The notes beneath the pieces were generated by a model that had not been told where the DNA came from, ran no database searches, and saw only the letters and a list, made by a program, of their open reading frames with translations. From assembly GCA_002189035.1 (NCBI GenBank), contig NEEC01000017.1, forward strand, positions 2,576,392 to 2,640,391: 64,000 nucleotides of DNA, in the 5' to 3' direction. This document shows positions 63,659-64,000 of the stretch, piece after piece. The position numbers were made by a program, and so were the translations under genes. The DNA comes from Utricularia gibba. Lineage: Eukaryota; Plantae; Magnoliophyta. Every line of letters begins with the position of its first letter. The stretch's first letter is position 1.

Positions 63659-63839
63659 TTTAGCATTTAGGATTCACCGTTCCGTTTACGATTTTAGTGC
63701 TTTAGGGTTTAGCGTTTAGGGTTTAGCGTTTAGGGTTCAGGGTTAAGGGTTCAGCGTTCATGGTTGAGGATTAAGGGTTCAGCGTTCATGGTTGAGGATT
63801 CATGGTTGAGGGTTCAGGGTTCAGCATTCATGGTTGAGG
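63659..63839 (+). repeat. Degenerate telomere-proximal heptamer array
   Basis: 7-bp periodic units TTTAGCA, TTTAGGA, TTTAGCG, TTAAGGG, TTCAGCG, TTCATGG, TTGAGGA mixed with TTTAGGG and TTCAGGG. Confidence 0.93.
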
Positions 63840-64000
63840 TTCAGGGTTTAGGGTTTAGGGTTCAGGGTTTTAGGGTTTAGGGTTAGGGTTTAGGGTTCAG
63901 GGTTTAGGGTTCAGGGTTTAGGGTTCAGGTTTCAGGGTTTAGGGTTTAGGGTTTAGGGTTCAGGTTCAGGGTTCAGGGTTTAGGGTTCAGGGTTCAGGGT
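63840..64000 (+). repeat. Telomeric array, mixed TTTAGGG/TTCAGGG, G-strand pointing to the window end
   Basis: 23 units: 10 TTTAGGG, 8 TTCAGGG, 2 TTCAGG, 1 TTTCAGGG, 1 TTTTAGGG, 1 TTAGGG. Confidence 0.95.

Noticed and set aside
63701-64000. CRISPR-like or prokaryotic repeat system
   Set aside because: Spacerless 7-bp units in a spliced eukaryotic context; it is telomeric DNA.

Overview
Plant (eudicot) nuclear DNA from a very compact genome. I read 21 protein-coding genes (one tentative) in about 63.7 kb, roughly one per 3 kb, with mostly short introns and few transposon remnants. The window ends in a G-rich telomeric array on the + strand, so it looks like the right end of a chromosome. Genes in order: ATE1 (3' part outside the window), PH-domain protein, PSRP4, intronless callose synthase, GT64/EPC1-like, FAS1-domain protein, C2-like gene, peroxisomal NAD carrier, SBPase, sugar-phosphate translocator, SANT/Myb-like protein, SOSEKI/DUF966, small membrane protein, rhodanese STR4A-like, release-factor-domain protein, purple acid phosphatase, ATM3, EngB/YsxC GTPase, LIP-like receptor-like cytoplasmic kinase, Enhancer-of-polycomb-like, TBC Rab-GAP. 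Main observations: (1) the distal telomere is a near 1:1 mixture of TTTAGGG and TTCAGGG-type units, preceded by a degenerate zone with higher-order repeats, and starts under 1 kb from the last start codon; (2) the kinase has lost all three catalytic motifs; (3) seven reading-frame breaks in six genes, plus one broken splice donor, are each repaired by adding one base, mostly in G/C runs, which points to assembly error rather than biology; (4) a recent 129-bp coding duplication in the SANT gene. From memory, TTCAGG(G)-type telomere variants and this compactness are reported in Lentibulariaceae (Utricularia/Genlisea), but I cannot confirm the species. Gene names come from recalled homologue motifs; no database search was run. 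No prokaryotic-type system (CRISPR etc.), tRNA or rRNA was seen.
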